Source: Octopus sinensis (Eukaryota). Taken from it: 64,000 nucleotides of DNA. The position numbers and the translations under genes were made by a program. A model generated the notes under the pieces. The model saw only the letters and a list, made by a program, of their open reading frames with translations. It was not told where the DNA came from and did no database searches. Positions 1 through 13,559 of the stretch are shown here, piece after piece. Numbering within the stretch: position 1 is the first letter of the stretch; each line of letters begins with the position of its first letter. The stretch lies in assembly GCF_006345805.1 (NCBI RefSeq), contig NC_042997.1, positions 5,332,001-5,396,000 on the forward strand. Direction: 5' to 3'.

Positions 1-104
1 TCCAACCTTGTCTGATTTTCACGTTTTATTTACAATCTTATAATAATATAATATAATATAATAAAATAAAATAAAATAATAGAGTGTTAAATGTTCATTC
101 TGAT

Positions 105-149
105 TGAACAAGTACTTTCATGCATTAAATTATGCAATCTTCAGGTTCA
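105..149 (-). ncRNA. Minimal type I hammerhead ribozyme motif (left arm)
   Basis: Minus strand reads UGAAC-CUGAAGA-U-UGCAU-AAUUUA-AUGCA-U-GAAA-GUAC-UU-GUUCA. This gives a 5-bp stem I, the core CUGAnGA and GAAA, a 5-bp stem II and a palindromic GUAC in a minimal stem III. Atypical points: U.U next to the core and a CUU cleavage triplet. Confidence 0.65.
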
Positions 150-222
150 TGTAGTAGTGGTGACAGTCATGCTTCACAATTTTTGACTCTAGCGAGATGG
201 TTCACAATTCACCACTACTACA

Positions 223-267
223 TGAACCTGAAGATTGAATAATTTAATGCATAAAAGTACTAGTTCA
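223..267 (+). ncRNA. Degenerate hammerhead motif (right arm)
   Basis: UGAAC-CUGAAGA-UUGAAUAAUUUAAUGCAU-AAAA-GUAC-UA-GUUCA. Same motif as the left arm, but GAAA>AAAA and one stem II substitution; CUA triplet. Confidence 0.5.
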
Positions 268-990
268 ATCAAAATGAACATTTAACATTCTATTATTTTA
301 TTTTATTTTATTTTATCATATTATATTATCTTATATTATATCATTATAACATTGTAAATAAAACGTGAAAATCAGACAAGGTTGGAATTCCTTTTATTAA
401 TATATTCTTCTATACACAATCACACATACCCGTATATATATATATGTATATATATATGTTTATGTATACATACATATATATATATAAAGAATTCCATAGC
501 CTCAATTTCCGGGAATGTATAACTAAAATGGAATCTGGATAGTGCGAGAAATTATTTTTCCTTGTTTAGAGGCTAATTAGAAATTGGAACAACGTCTTGA
601 TATCCTCGAAGGGTTCAAAAATGTCTTTGCGACTATGTCATGAGCGTTCAAATGGTAATTTTCTGAGAATCACGTGCAAATTTAAAAACGAACTCTGTTG
701 GTGAAGGATATAACAGAAAATGTAACCCTCTTTAACGATAAAGCAATTTATAGGAGAAATATTGTGAAAATTAATGAGTATTAGTAGATGATCTATTATA
801 ATATTAAATTTGCATTTAGTACAAAAGCTAAACGCATGTTATGACGGATTTTCAACGTTCATGTGCTTTGCAAAAATAATGTGGTTAGAGGTGTAACTAG
901 CAAAAAGAGAAACTGCCAAAAAATTATTGTTTGTTGTTGAATATACATCTTTACATAATCGCTTATATTTAATATATGTGTATTCAATAT

Positions 991-1906
991 GTGTGTATGA
1001 GCGTGTATGTGCGTGTGCACGCGCGTGTGTGAATATATGTATGCACGTATGTATGCCCGCATGGTTATATGCACATTCTCTCATATATGCATAAGCAATA
1101 GATACGTCCAATCACACGTATTGTTCAAAGCATGAATGATCTTAATCTATAGAAGCTTGGTTCCTGAAAATATATATTGTACACTTTGAAGTACACTATT
1201 GTGAATTCGTACATGATTTGGAACATTCGTAATAGTAAACGTTTCATATGCATGGTTTAATTTCTTTTAAAGATATTCTCTTAGAGCATCAATCGTATTT
1301 TGCATGAAATTTAATCAAATGATTATAACATATTTTATCTTTTCACCAATGTCCATTTCAGAATGACGACAATTTTGAAAGGAAATTCGTAGATTGTGAT
1401 AAAAATTTAGATTTTGCAATTACGAAATATCGATTATAACTAAGTCGATCTGTGGCAATGTGCGTGAAATATAGTTTAGTAATAACAGAGTACATCGTCT
1501 TCTCTGTTTCGTCAATTCTTAATGCTTTCTACGGAAGTATTTACGACATATTTTGATGTAATAAAATTTAATGTTGATATCATGCTCTGTAGTGCACAAA
1601 GTCTGAAACTTCAGATAATAGAATTTCAGAAAAAAAACTATTGAAGTCGATTTCTAGAGAAATTTTTAGATGTCAGACTTATTGGATTTATTAGATTTCT
1701 CGCAATTGACGAGTTCCCAGATACTATAAATTATTAATATCTTTCTGTCTTTTTATGAATCTATCTCACTCTCTCTCAATAGGTGTGTATGAGTGTGTAT
1801 GTGCGTGTGCGCGCGCGTGTGTGAAGGGGTGAGTGTGAATATATGTATGCACGTATGTATGCCCGCATGTTTATATGCACATTCTCTCATTTATGCATAA
1901 GTAATA
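991..1906 (+). repeat. Pair of ~110-125 bp direct repeats (991-1100 and 1783-1906)
   Basis: Both contain gtgaatatatgtatgcacgtatgtatgcccgcatg(g/t)ttatatgcacattctctcat(a/t)tatgcataag(c/t)aata. Confidence 0.85.
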
Positions 1907-3061
1907 AATTGGTTGTAAAATTATCTATACCCATATTAAGAATATAACGAATTTTAAGATCAGTCAAAGAAACTTCTCTGTCGTTTACTTCGACTTGAAA
2001 ATTTAGCTACTATTTACAACGAATTAATCTTAAATATATTAGACAACGTTACAACAATCAGTAAATACATTACTTCATATCTATATATGCATAGAAGGAA
2101 CGATCCTACTTCACCCAATCCCACAAACGCATAACATCTGGATTTTGTAAAATTTAAACATTACTTCTCATAGAAGCACGGTCGAAGTAGCTCAATGAAA
2201 TGTGATTGCTCTCTGTTCCCTTTTTGAACACTACTTTAGGTATTGATAATTTTAAATGTTTCTGTAATATTAATTATGTTTAATAAGATAAATATCAAAA
2301 ATAATATTTTGTGTAGTGAGTCAATTTGTCTCCGGTGTAGATGGGCACTTATCTTCTTTTGATATTTTATTCGGAAAACCACTTGATACTTAATTCTTCT
2401 GTTAAATGGGAGTCGAATATAAAATCATATACAAGAGTAATAGAATATTTGAAGCTGTTATGTAAAAGTAAATAAATAAATAATACAATAAATAATGTCC
2501 TCTTGCATCTTCGAATTTGAATTTTCAAAATTAGATCATATATATATATATATACATACATGCGAATAAGGACAACAAATATGTTCAAAAGCCATAGTGT
2601 TTTCATCATATCATTTACACTGTAAAACACATACCTTTCAAAAGATAAATATAAAAAAAGAATTGTAGCATTAAAATAGGAAAATGAAATCGGGAAAATA
2701 AAGCAATTTGAAGTTGAACAATAATTGAGATGTACAAAGTTCACAAATATTAATCATATAACACAAAGTTTTATATTTTGTAGCATATTTTCTTTTTATT
2801 TCAAGCAACATATTTTGCCAACAAACTTTTTTTCGTATTTTTGACATGTATTTTTATCGTATTTATTCATACTTTTTTTCAATAATCTTTTAATCATTTT
2901 AGCTGTTCTTTATTAATATTATTACCATCTTAGAGATTGGGTAGAATAACATACAACAATTCGCATATATGGCTGAGAAGATCAATGGATGAACACATTA
3001 AAATTTTCTACCCTCTTTCTGAGGAATCATAGCTGCTTTAAGAGAATGTATGTATAATTGA

Positions 3062-3101
<40 letters not shown>

Positions 3102-3236
3102 ATATATATATATATATAATATATATATATATATTACATATATATATATATATTTATACATGCATGTATATATAGGTATATATATATATATACGCATACA
3201 TACACACAAACTTACATATTGTATATATATATATGC

Positions 3237-3283
<47 letters not shown>

Positions 3284-4755
3284 CACAGGCCAATACATGT
3301 GTGAAAGTATGGCTAAATACATGTATACATATATCTAAACATATATTCGTACATATGTGTGTTGTGTATGTGTGTATGCATATATTCATGTATATTTAAT
3401 GAATTTAAAATTGTTCATGAGAATAATGTTAAGAGGCGATAATTTGAGCATTTATATAATGCATGACAATTATTAATAATCCAATGATCCGAATTATAAT
3501 CAACGCTAATCAAGACATGTTCAAATTAAAGTAACAAACAAATCGACGGGAAATATTTTTCTTTGTTTTAATATTCGAAGATTGATTGAAATTGTGAGTA
3601 GATCATTCAAAGTTCTACTGACTTTTTCTTTTCTTTGTTTTTGTTTTCTTATAACTACCACATACAGACATACCATTTCGTATAACTTTGTATACCTAAA
3701 CGAAAGCCTGAGGCAGCTGTGTGAAAAAATACAGTGAAATCCCTACAAATTGTTAAACACATTTGAAAGAGCATAAAGCTTAGAGAACCAGAATGACTGT
3801 AAAACATACACGAATTCTCGGTCCGTAACACACGTTTACACACAGATATATATATATATATAATATATATATATTATATATATATACTTTTTTCATATAA
3901 TTAAATAGGATGAACGAAATACCTCTTTCCTCAATTTCTAATATTCATATTAATAATAATTTTATTATACTTTAGGAAAGTTGACAGTTTGTTGATGCTC
4001 GGAAAAAAATATGATTTCTTTTATTTACGACAATATTATAATTTCATGGAACAACAACATCGGCAAGATTAAATCAAGGAATATATTTTATTCCTTCAAA
4101 AGCTGAAATGCAGATAAAAAAGCTAATTTGTTTCAATTTGTATCGCCCTGAGTCCATGTTCTCTTTTAACCAGAATCCAATCAATAATGTTCAACATGTT
4201 CAAATATTTTAGAGTGTATTTCTCTGTGACACTCAGCCTAAGTTGGAGATGCAATTGTTCTGAAAGTTATGTTTTTGCTGTTGTCTTATTTTCTTTGAAA
4301 TTATATGTACCATTTTCATATATTTATATTTGCATGCCTATTTCCTGACACAAATCCAAAATTTGTAGCTCCGAAAAGAAATGCTAGAACAGCAATTATT
4401 TATAAAGATAATAATAGTAACAATACGATTAGTTGGAAGTTAGGGCCACGTATTCTGCACAAAATGTTTCGCAGTATTTTCTTTACGATATGTTTTACGA
4501 AGATAGCAACAGAAGCCAGATTTTTCTTTATTTTCGGTTAAGAATGTCTGAAGCATATTCAAATCAAGTTTTCAGAATTATCTGTAAAACGTAATTATAA
4601 TCGGTAGGTCTTGTAGTCATTGGCAATCATTATACATACAGATATGTATTCTGAAGAAAAAAAATCTGCAGTTTAATTTCATCACCGAACTGTAATTCAT
4701 TATCTAATCATTTAAGTCTTTTCAAAACATCTTTGTTCCACTTGTCACCATCATA

Positions 4756-4807
<52 letters not shown>

Positions 4808-4847
4808 ATTATATAAATACATGTATCTGTACATACCTATATATACG

Positions 4848-4880
<33 letters not shown>

Positions 4881-5540
4881 CGTATATATATACATATATG
4901 TATATACGTATATGTATATATATATATATATATATTATAATAACACATAACTTCATGAACATATGTATATGTATATATATATATGTGTGCGTGTGTGTAT
5001 GTGTGTGTGTACACTCACACTCATAAATTCGCATATCAGGATAAGACATTTTAATAATGCGTCCATGTTTTATGTCTCGATATATTTCAACATTCTTGTT
5101 ACTTAATCATAACGTTTGTAATTTTGTATTTCGATGCAAAGAAGATTCCAATGCACCGAAGTAAATGAGATTGATTTAAATTGAGAATGGAATTTGTTTC
5201 GGATACATTCAAATGTTCATTTGTTTCCTTCAATGCTTCATTAGAATTTCCATAGCAAAACTCTTCTCGTTAGATGCTTAAAGCGGAATATTTCCATCGA
5301 CGAAGAAATTTCACTTGAGGTATTATATGCAAAACACTACTTAATGAAACTCGTATAAAACCATATGTAAATACAATCATACATAATAACGCATACACAT
5401 AATCACACATATTTGCATACAATAAAAAATACTTTCTTCAATATACACGTAACGCTTTCACATACACAAAACCTACGCAGGAAGAAAAATGAGTATGCAT
5501 ATGTGTTTGTGTGTGTGCGTTTGTAAAAACAATATGTATG

Positions 5541-5582
<42 letters not shown>

Positions 5583-5953
5583 TATACATATAACTATAAA
5601 TATATATATGTGTGTGTGTGTGTATGTAATTATACCGGTGTATGTGAATGTATATATACACTTACAAATACATACACACACAAACACACGCACACACACG
5701 TACACACACATATATGTTTCCGTATGCTGACTCTTCACATTCACAAATAATTAATTAATATATCAAAATATTTGGATTTCATAAGGTTTCAAACGAATCA
5801 GAAATTGGAGGAGTGTTGAAAAATAAAAAAAAATTTTGAAGCTGAATTCAAATACACTCATCAAAGGCATTTTGTATTTTACTAAGAGCTGAAACCTCAA
5901 GTCTCAAGCTTGAAGAGTTACATAAATACATACAGTAATACAATAATATGTAC

Positions 5954-5994
<41 letters not shown>

Positions 5995-6290
5995 GGAGAA
6001 TTCACAAAAAAAAAACAAAAGAGGAAAACAGGTGGTGTAGACAACAAAATGATGTACTAATATAACGCACGACAAGTGAATAAGTTTTTAAACATTTGGA
6101 GCCTAAGTTCTTCCACAGAAAAGAACACAGAAAGAAACAAGGAGAGAAAATAAAGATTGTGTAGTGGCTATGTATACATATGTGTGTATGTAAGCAACAA
6201 GCATACAAAAATGAATACACTGACGCTCATATGAATGCACATGAATTATGATCTATATCTATATATTATATATAATTATATATATCTATA

Positions 6291-6327
<37 letters not shown>

Positions 6328-6527
6328 TCATATTATATATATTCATATTATATATGTGTGTGCATATGTGTGTATAAGAATGTATGGATATATGCATGTA
6401 TAATACATTAATACGCACACACATATGATATACAAAGTTTAAACAAGCGTATGTTGATTGTATATCTATCTAACTATCTATCTATCTATATATATATATA
6501 TGATAAGTATATATATATATATGTACG

Positions 6528-6562
<35 letters not shown>

Positions 6563-6590
6563 TATATGTACATATATAAATACATTCATA

Positions 6591-6628
<38 letters not shown>

Positions 6629-6889
6629 GCATACATACACGTATAAACATTAACGGTGGGACATAGTGGTCGATTATAGTTTATAGGCTAATTTATTGTT
6701 GCATAGCGACCATTCAAAGGATCCTGCAAGAAGTGGAGTAACCTCTGTAGACGCTAGCCTACAGGGATGAGTGTATATATATACTACATGCAATAACTAT
6801 TTGCGAGCGATAATCTTTATATTACTAGAGCTACTTTTAATTCGCAATCTATGTTCTTGTGTACATGTATACATACATGTATTCATATA

Positions 6890-6982
6890 TTAAATATATA
6901 CATAAATAAATAAATATATATATATACATATAAAGATGAATGCGTATGAGTGTATATATGAATATATATATATAATATATAT

Positions 6983-7035
<53 letters not shown>

Positions 7036-7178
7036 TCACACACATAAATATGTATATCAGGTGAAAAATTTTCATACTGAATTTTCTTCATACATGGTTT
7101 ATGCCTATAGATATTTCAGCATTCTTGTTACTTAAACATAACCATTGTGATTTTTGATTTCTATGCAAATTATATAAA

Positions 7179-7251
<73 letters not shown>

Positions 7252-7829
7252 GCAAGAAGCATACAATAATGCTTATATTGATGCTCATATATATGTATGC
7301 ACATGTTTTATATATTTACACACTAACATGCATGTATATATATATATATATATTGTATATGTACGTGTGTGCATGTTTGTGTACATAGGCATGTTTAATA
7401 CATAAATGCATGCACACATATAAGATACAGAGTTTAAACAAGCGTATGCTGATTGTATGTCTATATCTTTATTTATGCATATATATATATATTTATTTAT
7501 ATATATAAAAGCATGCACGCATAGAAAAAACACACACATATATATATATATATGTATATTTACACACATGTATACATATACACCTATATACACACACAGA
7601 TACATATATATTTTCCTCTCGAATTCTGTTTTCTCCTCATTCTGATAGGTGTCACCTAATGATAATATAACCTTAATGTAAACAAAGCACCCTCAAGAAT
7701 AATTTGCACTCCAACCCTCGTTTGAATAATAACTGTTTCCGATATTCTACTAGGTATGAGGCATATGTTGTCTGGATTTTACCTAGTCCATGACCTAATT
7801 TATTGATATATATACACACACACACACAC

Positions 7830-7861
<32 letters not shown>

Positions 7862-7950
7862 ATATATACATAAATAAATGAATATATATATATACATATA
7901 AATATGAATGCGTATGAGTGTACATATGAATATATATATATAATATATAT

Positions 7951-8003
<53 letters not shown>

Positions 8004-8137
8004 TCACACACATAAATATGTATATCAGGTGAAAAATTTTCATACTGAATTTTCTTCATACATGGTTTATGCCTATAGATATTCAGCATTCTTGTTACTT
8101 AAACATAACCATTGGGATTTTTGATTTCTATGCAAAT

Positions 8138-8230
<93 letters not shown>

Positions 8231-8312
8231 GCAAGAAGCATACAATAATGCTTATATTGATGCTCATATATATGTATGCACTTGTTTATATATTTACACA
8301 CTAACATGCATG

Positions 8313-8376
<64 letters not shown>

Positions 8377-8875
8377 ATATGTACGTGTGTGCATGTTTGT
8401 GTTCATAGGCATGTTTAATACATAAATGCATGCACACATATAAGATACAGAGTTTAAACAAGCGTATGCTGATTGTATGTCTATATCTTTATTTATGCAT
8501 ATATATATTTATTTATATATATAAAAGCATGCACGCATAGAAAAAACACACACATATATATATATATATGTATATTTACACACATGTATACATATACACC
8601 TATATACACAACAGATACATATATATTTTCCTCTCGAATTCTGTTTTCTCCTCATTCTGATAGGTGTCACCTAATGATAATATAACCTTAATGTAAACAA
8701 AGCACCCTCAAGAATAATTTGCACTCCAACCCTCGTTTGAATAATAACTGTTTCCGATATTCTACTAGGTATGAGGCATATGTTGTCTGGATTTTACCTA
8801 GTCCATGACCTAATTTATTGATATATATACACACACACACACACACACCACACATATATATATATATATATATAT
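6890..8875 (+). repeat. Tandem duplication of a ~1 kb unit (about 6890-7860 and 7862-8875)
   Basis: Unique segments repeat almost identically, e.g. ctctcgaattctgttttctcctcattctgataggtgtcacc at ~7617 and ~8631. The ORF track shows the same peptides twice (7088..7288 vs 8073..8267; 7673..8089 vs 8688..8948). Offset drifts ~970-1015 bp because of microsatellite length differences. Confidence 0.9.
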
Positions 8876-8983
8876 AATATAATATATATATATATGTATG
8901 TATATATATTATATATATACACATATACACATATGCATATGTATACATAAATACATATATATATATATCTGTACATATATATG

Positions 8984-9032
<49 letters not shown>

Positions 9033-10230
9033 CATACATTCACACATATAAACATGCATATATATTTTAATATATCTATATATATATATATATATGTGTG
9101 TGTGTGCGTTTGTTTATCCGTGTGTGTTTGTTGAGAGAGAGATAGAGAAATAGAAAGAAAGACGAGAAGCGGGAAAATTTCAGTCAAATAAAGAATCTGT
9201 CGGATGTAAGAATATCTTTCTTTATAAAAGCGAGTAAAATAACTGAGCTCGACTATAGGACATAATGAAATGCAACTCTTGAATGTGGTCGTTTCTCCAT
9301 TTTCTTTCTTATTTAGGATATCTAAACTGCTAACAGATATTTTAGTATGCTAATTTCAAAATAGTAAATTGAATGACACTAAAATTTTCATAGTTTAAGA
9401 TCTACTTACAGAAAATTTAGTTTTACTCACAGATCTACTTACAGAAAATTTAGTTATAAATTCAGGTTTAAAGTATAAATTACTATTTCTGTTGCACGTT
9501 TCACCACTGCAGCTATTTGGAACAGAGTACTGCATAGTCTACCTATATCAGGACCATGAGAAGAACACCTCGTCTCATTCTGTTACAGATATCTAATATC
9601 TCGTTTAGTATATGTACATACTAATGATGAGTACAACGGTTTATCATCATAAATGGAAGGCTTTATCAGAGAAGTAGATCTCTTTGTAATGTATGTCTAT
9701 TATGTACATGACCTGTGGCATTCCTTCGCGTATAATTCATAGTTGTGCGCGCGCACGCGTAGGTGTGTGTGTGTCTGTGTGTATGTGTCTGTGTTTGTGT
9801 GTGTGCTTGCGTACGTGTGTGTCTGTATTTTATTCCACAGTGATGTAAAATTACTGCTTGTTTCCTTCATTATGTATCCCTCTCTGCCTACTTATCGATA
9901 TATCAGTTTAGCATTATTTTCTCTCTATATATGTATATATTCAAACAGATATATCGTCATATATATATATACGAGTGTGTGTATGTGTGTGCATGTGTAT
10001 GTGTGCGTGTGTCCATTATATACATACATATGTATATATATACATATATATATACATATATATGTACATATATATATACATATATATGTATATGTATATA
10101 TTATATATATATACATATATATGTATATGTATATATATATATACATATACATATATATGTATATATATATATACATATACATATACATGTATATATATAT
10201 ACATATGCATACATACACATATATATATAT

Positions 10231-10280
<50 letters not shown>

Positions 10281-10315
10281 TACATATATATATATGGATA
10301 TACATATATATGCAA

Positions 10316-10357
<42 letters not shown>

Positions 10358-10416
10358 CGATGGTGCCCCAGCATGGCCGCGGCCTTCGGGCTAAAACATT
10401 TTAAAGGATTTTTTAA

Positions 10417-10454
<38 letters not shown>

Positions 10455-10461
10455 TATATAG

Positions 10462-10650
10462 TTAATCCAAACATGAAATAAAAAGAGAAAACACAACGCG
10501 AGGACTTGGAATATGTATAGTGTTATTAGACGCTCAGGAAAGAAGAAAAGAAGGAGGGTTTAACGTTTCGAGCGGAGGTCTTCGTCAGAAACATAGGAAT
10601 AGGAAAGATCCAAAGAAAGAAGATGGAGGAAAAAAATAAGAGGGGGTTTC
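10462..10650 (-). mobile_element. Solo Penelope-type terminal fragment containing a hammerhead motif
   Basis: Minus-strand ctgacgaagacctccgctcgaaacgtt is the CTGAnGAAG...CGAAACGT signature typical of Penelope-like element ends. Boundaries approximate. Confidence 0.5.
10521..10594 (-). ncRNA. Type I hammerhead ribozyme motif
   Basis: CUGACGA (10588-10582); A-GACC-UCC-GCUC (stem II with one C.C mismatch); GAAA (10569-10566); stem III ACGUU/AGCGU closing a ~27-nt pyrimidine-rich loop; GUC triplet at 10531-10529; stem I weak. Confidence 0.55.
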
Positions 10651-10674
10651 AATTAATGCTATCAACAGAACATT

Positions 10675-10925
10675 CTCCTCGTGAAGTTAACGTTCAAGTG
10701 GTTGAGCACGCCATAGATACGTGTACCTTTAACGCAGTTCAGCAAGACAGAGAACGTGACAAGGCTGGTTATTTGAATTACGGGTGGTACTCATTTTTGC
10801 CAGGCGAGTGGACTGTAGCATCCTGAAATAAAGAATTTGTTTCGCCGCTTTTCGAACTCAAGATCTGAAAATCTGACGATCGTGAGGTGAATAACCTAAC
10901 CAATAATCCGCATTCCTTCCCACAC
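10675..10925 (-). mobile_element. Degraded tRNA-derived SINE with CORE-like middle
   Basis: Minus strand: tRNA-like head (ggattattggttagg...gagttcgaaaag), then atgctacagtccactcgcctggcaaaaatgagtacc, which resembles ccactcagctggcacaaatga in the SINE at ~51350. Confidence 0.5.
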
Positions 10926-11664
10926 GTTCTCTCTCACACACACACATACACACAAATATCTATGTACGTATGTATGTATGTTAGAGAGAAATGAGGGAGT
11001 GTTCGATTATCACGGTAATAATCTAGTTGCATTCTAAGTGGGGATTCGTGTGTGTGAGGTTGTGAGTGTATGTATAATTATATGCATGACGAGGAGGAGT
11101 ATGATGTGAGTGTTCGTGCTACCTACCAAAATAAATCACTGACTTAATCCATGTTATTGATTTGTTCCTATTTGGAAGGTTATTATGGATTATGGATTAA
11201 CATCGGACGTAGGAAACAGGCAATTAAATAGAACAGCACCGAATTCGGAGAGGTGCCAAAATGCGTGGAACGTCGAGCAAACATGAAGCGTATATGGTTA
11301 TGCGGTAATGCTTCACTTCATATTTCTCTAATAACTTCTAACCCGTTCTACATATGACAAGTCTTAACATCAAAAAGTATTCAAACTAACATATGCTCTA
11401 TGCGTATAGTTTAACAACGTTTAAAAAAATTATAGTATTGCTATTTTACAAAACGAACGAACACCTGTTTTTTATTGATTGTTTTCAAAGAAATGGCTTG
11501 AAATGGCTGACAAATACCGTTGAAATAAGGGAAACTTTCTTATTCTTTATAATGAATTTCTTTCAATATCAATCTTTCTTTACATTCTTACTTTTACCCA
11601 TCTGTAAAATACATTCAATTAATTTAGTAACGGTATATCATAAGCAACGTGTATTATTGTTACT

Positions 11665-11682
11665 ATCATAATAATAATAATG

Positions 11683-11763
<81 letters not shown>

Positions 11764-11768
11764 GTAAC

Positions 11769-11844
<76 letters not shown>

Positions 11845-11914
11845 ATTATAATAATAGTAACAATAATAATGATAACAATGCTGATAATCATCATCTTCAT
11901 TAACATTATTATTA

Positions 11915-11945
<31 letters not shown>

Positions 11946-11990
11946 TATTATTATTGTTGTTGTTGTTATTATTACTATTACTAATATTAT
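11665..11990. repeat. Compound (AAT)n/(ATT)n microsatellite
   Basis: Directly visible. A long AAT run abuts ATT runs; it produces the poly-N/I/Y ORFs in the track. Confidence 0.95.
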
Positions 11991-12294
11991 CCCAGTTGTT
12001 TTTGATATTATTATTAGAGCCATGTAAACACAAAATCATTAAGGCACCAGCAAAAGTGCTTTGGAAAATTTGCTCTTATTCCTTGCATTCTAAGGTCAAA
12101 TCCCCTAGAGGTCACCTTTGGCATTCACCTCCCCACCACCCCGGGTGGCGATATAATAAAGCATCTATTAAGTACTGTGGAAAACTATTGATGGAATCCA
12201 ATACCTCCTCAAAATTTCAGATCTTATGCCTATATTAATAAGAAAAGAGTTGATCCATTTGCTGGTTGACAAAGCTTGTGTGCTTACTCTTCCG

Positions 12295-13430
12295 GTGCCT
12301 GTAGAAGGGACGCGTTCCACTGGTCATCTGCTGTCAGCATTATCTGAATGGGGACCTGGGCGTGCTGTGGTTGCTGATGTGCAGACATGCGCTCAGGCTA
12401 CGGTATCTCCTGCGTTTCCTTGACGATGAGCATGTGTGGCCGCCGTTTGTCAGACACTCTCTTGCACAGCTCGTCATTTGACTGAGCTGCAATCCTGGAT
12501 TAGGCGTAGACAAAGGAGGAGCGCTCGGCGCCTAATGTGCCGTCAAGCGCTCACAGCCCCTTGCCAAGCGAGCAATGTGGTCGTTGGTAACTCTAATCTA
12601 TCGACCTATGGAGGGTTAGAGGAGGGAAAGTGTGACGACGTTCTCGGTGAAACACTAAGCGTCGACGAGGATCAACTTAATTGTCTGTTCCGGAGAGCTT
12701 TCGGACCTGTGCCTATGGATAAGTCCAGAAATTCCTTGCCTGGAAGTACTACTGAGGGTTGCAGCCCATTCAGGATAAACTGTACAGGCACGGAAGTTCC
12801 GTCAGTCGGGCCTGCCCGAGTCGTGCGCAGAGCGATGAAACCATTCTGTACGCCCTCATCCCGTGCCCGAGCTTGCTGGCCTGTGGGTATACGTCGAACA
12901 CTTGCTGTCACGTTTAGAACGGATCCGGCTATCAACTAGATCCATATTGAAGATTGCCCCATCACCCCCCCCTTGGCTGTGAGAAGCAGGCAATTTTTGT
13001 CTAGAAGCTGTAGTGAAAGAGGTAGTATAGTGGACGCGTTTGAAAGGGCTAAAGTCAGACACTTTGTCTTTGGCCAAGCCCTCATCAAATTCTTCAAGTT
13101 TCGCTTAAAGAGGAAAGCGAGTGGGGAGAAGTAAGTGTTGTCTTATAGTAATTTTATTGAAAGGTGAGTAACTACTGAAAAAATGGTCAGTGTGAAAGGA
13201 TACCCTTCTGATCAGGCACCCGTGGCTTTTGTGGGGTTTTCCACGAGTAACATTTAATGCGTCTCCCCCTATTGGAGGTTTTACCTGCTTAATTTTTTTA
13301 TCGTTATTTACTCGAATTTCAAAACCCTGTGTAACGTCCATTTTTTTTTATTATCATTGTATATCCTTTTATATTTGCATATATTAGCCCTTCAGGTCAA
13401 TAATGAATAAATTACAATAATAATAATAAT
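12295..13430 (+). mobile_element. 5'-truncated L1/Tx1-type LINE (ORF2 C-terminal half, 3' UTR, AATAAA, (AAT)n tail), frameshifted
   Basis: Manual translation gives KGRVPLV-ICCQHYLNGDLGVLWLLMCRHALRLRYLLRFLDDEHVWPPFVR, PIQDKLYRHGS and a CCHC-knuckle remnant C..CAQSDETILYALIPCP. gaataaa at ~13405 is followed by AAT repeats. Confidence 0.75.
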
Positions 13431-13559
13431 AATAATGATAATAATAATAATAATAATAATAATTATTATTATTATTATTATTATTGTTATTGTTGCTATT
13501 ATTATTGTTGTTGTTGTTGCTATTTTGTTGTTGTTGTTGTTGTTGTTGTTGTCATCATT

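Larger units (their letters stand above)
1..386. mobile_element. Foldback element with ~160-180 bp inverted arms, each carrying a hammerhead-like motif; Penelope-LTR-like or MITE-like; left end may be cut by the window edge
   Basis: 1-36 tccaaccttgtctgattttcacgttttatttacaat is the exact reverse complement of 351-386. Arm similarity continues inward to ~162 and ~208, leaving a ~45 bp spacer. Confidence 0.85.

Noticed and set aside
9398-9456. Short tandem duplications (also 56071-56118) and a 10-bp inverted repeat at ~20570-20610
   Set aside because: Expected background slippage or chance symmetry in this composition; no further structure.
12436-12939. 167-aa plus-strand ORF MAAVCQTLSC... and overlapping minus-strand ORFs
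   Set aside because: Mostly off-frame or antisense readings of the frameshifted L1/Tx1 ORF2 remnant.
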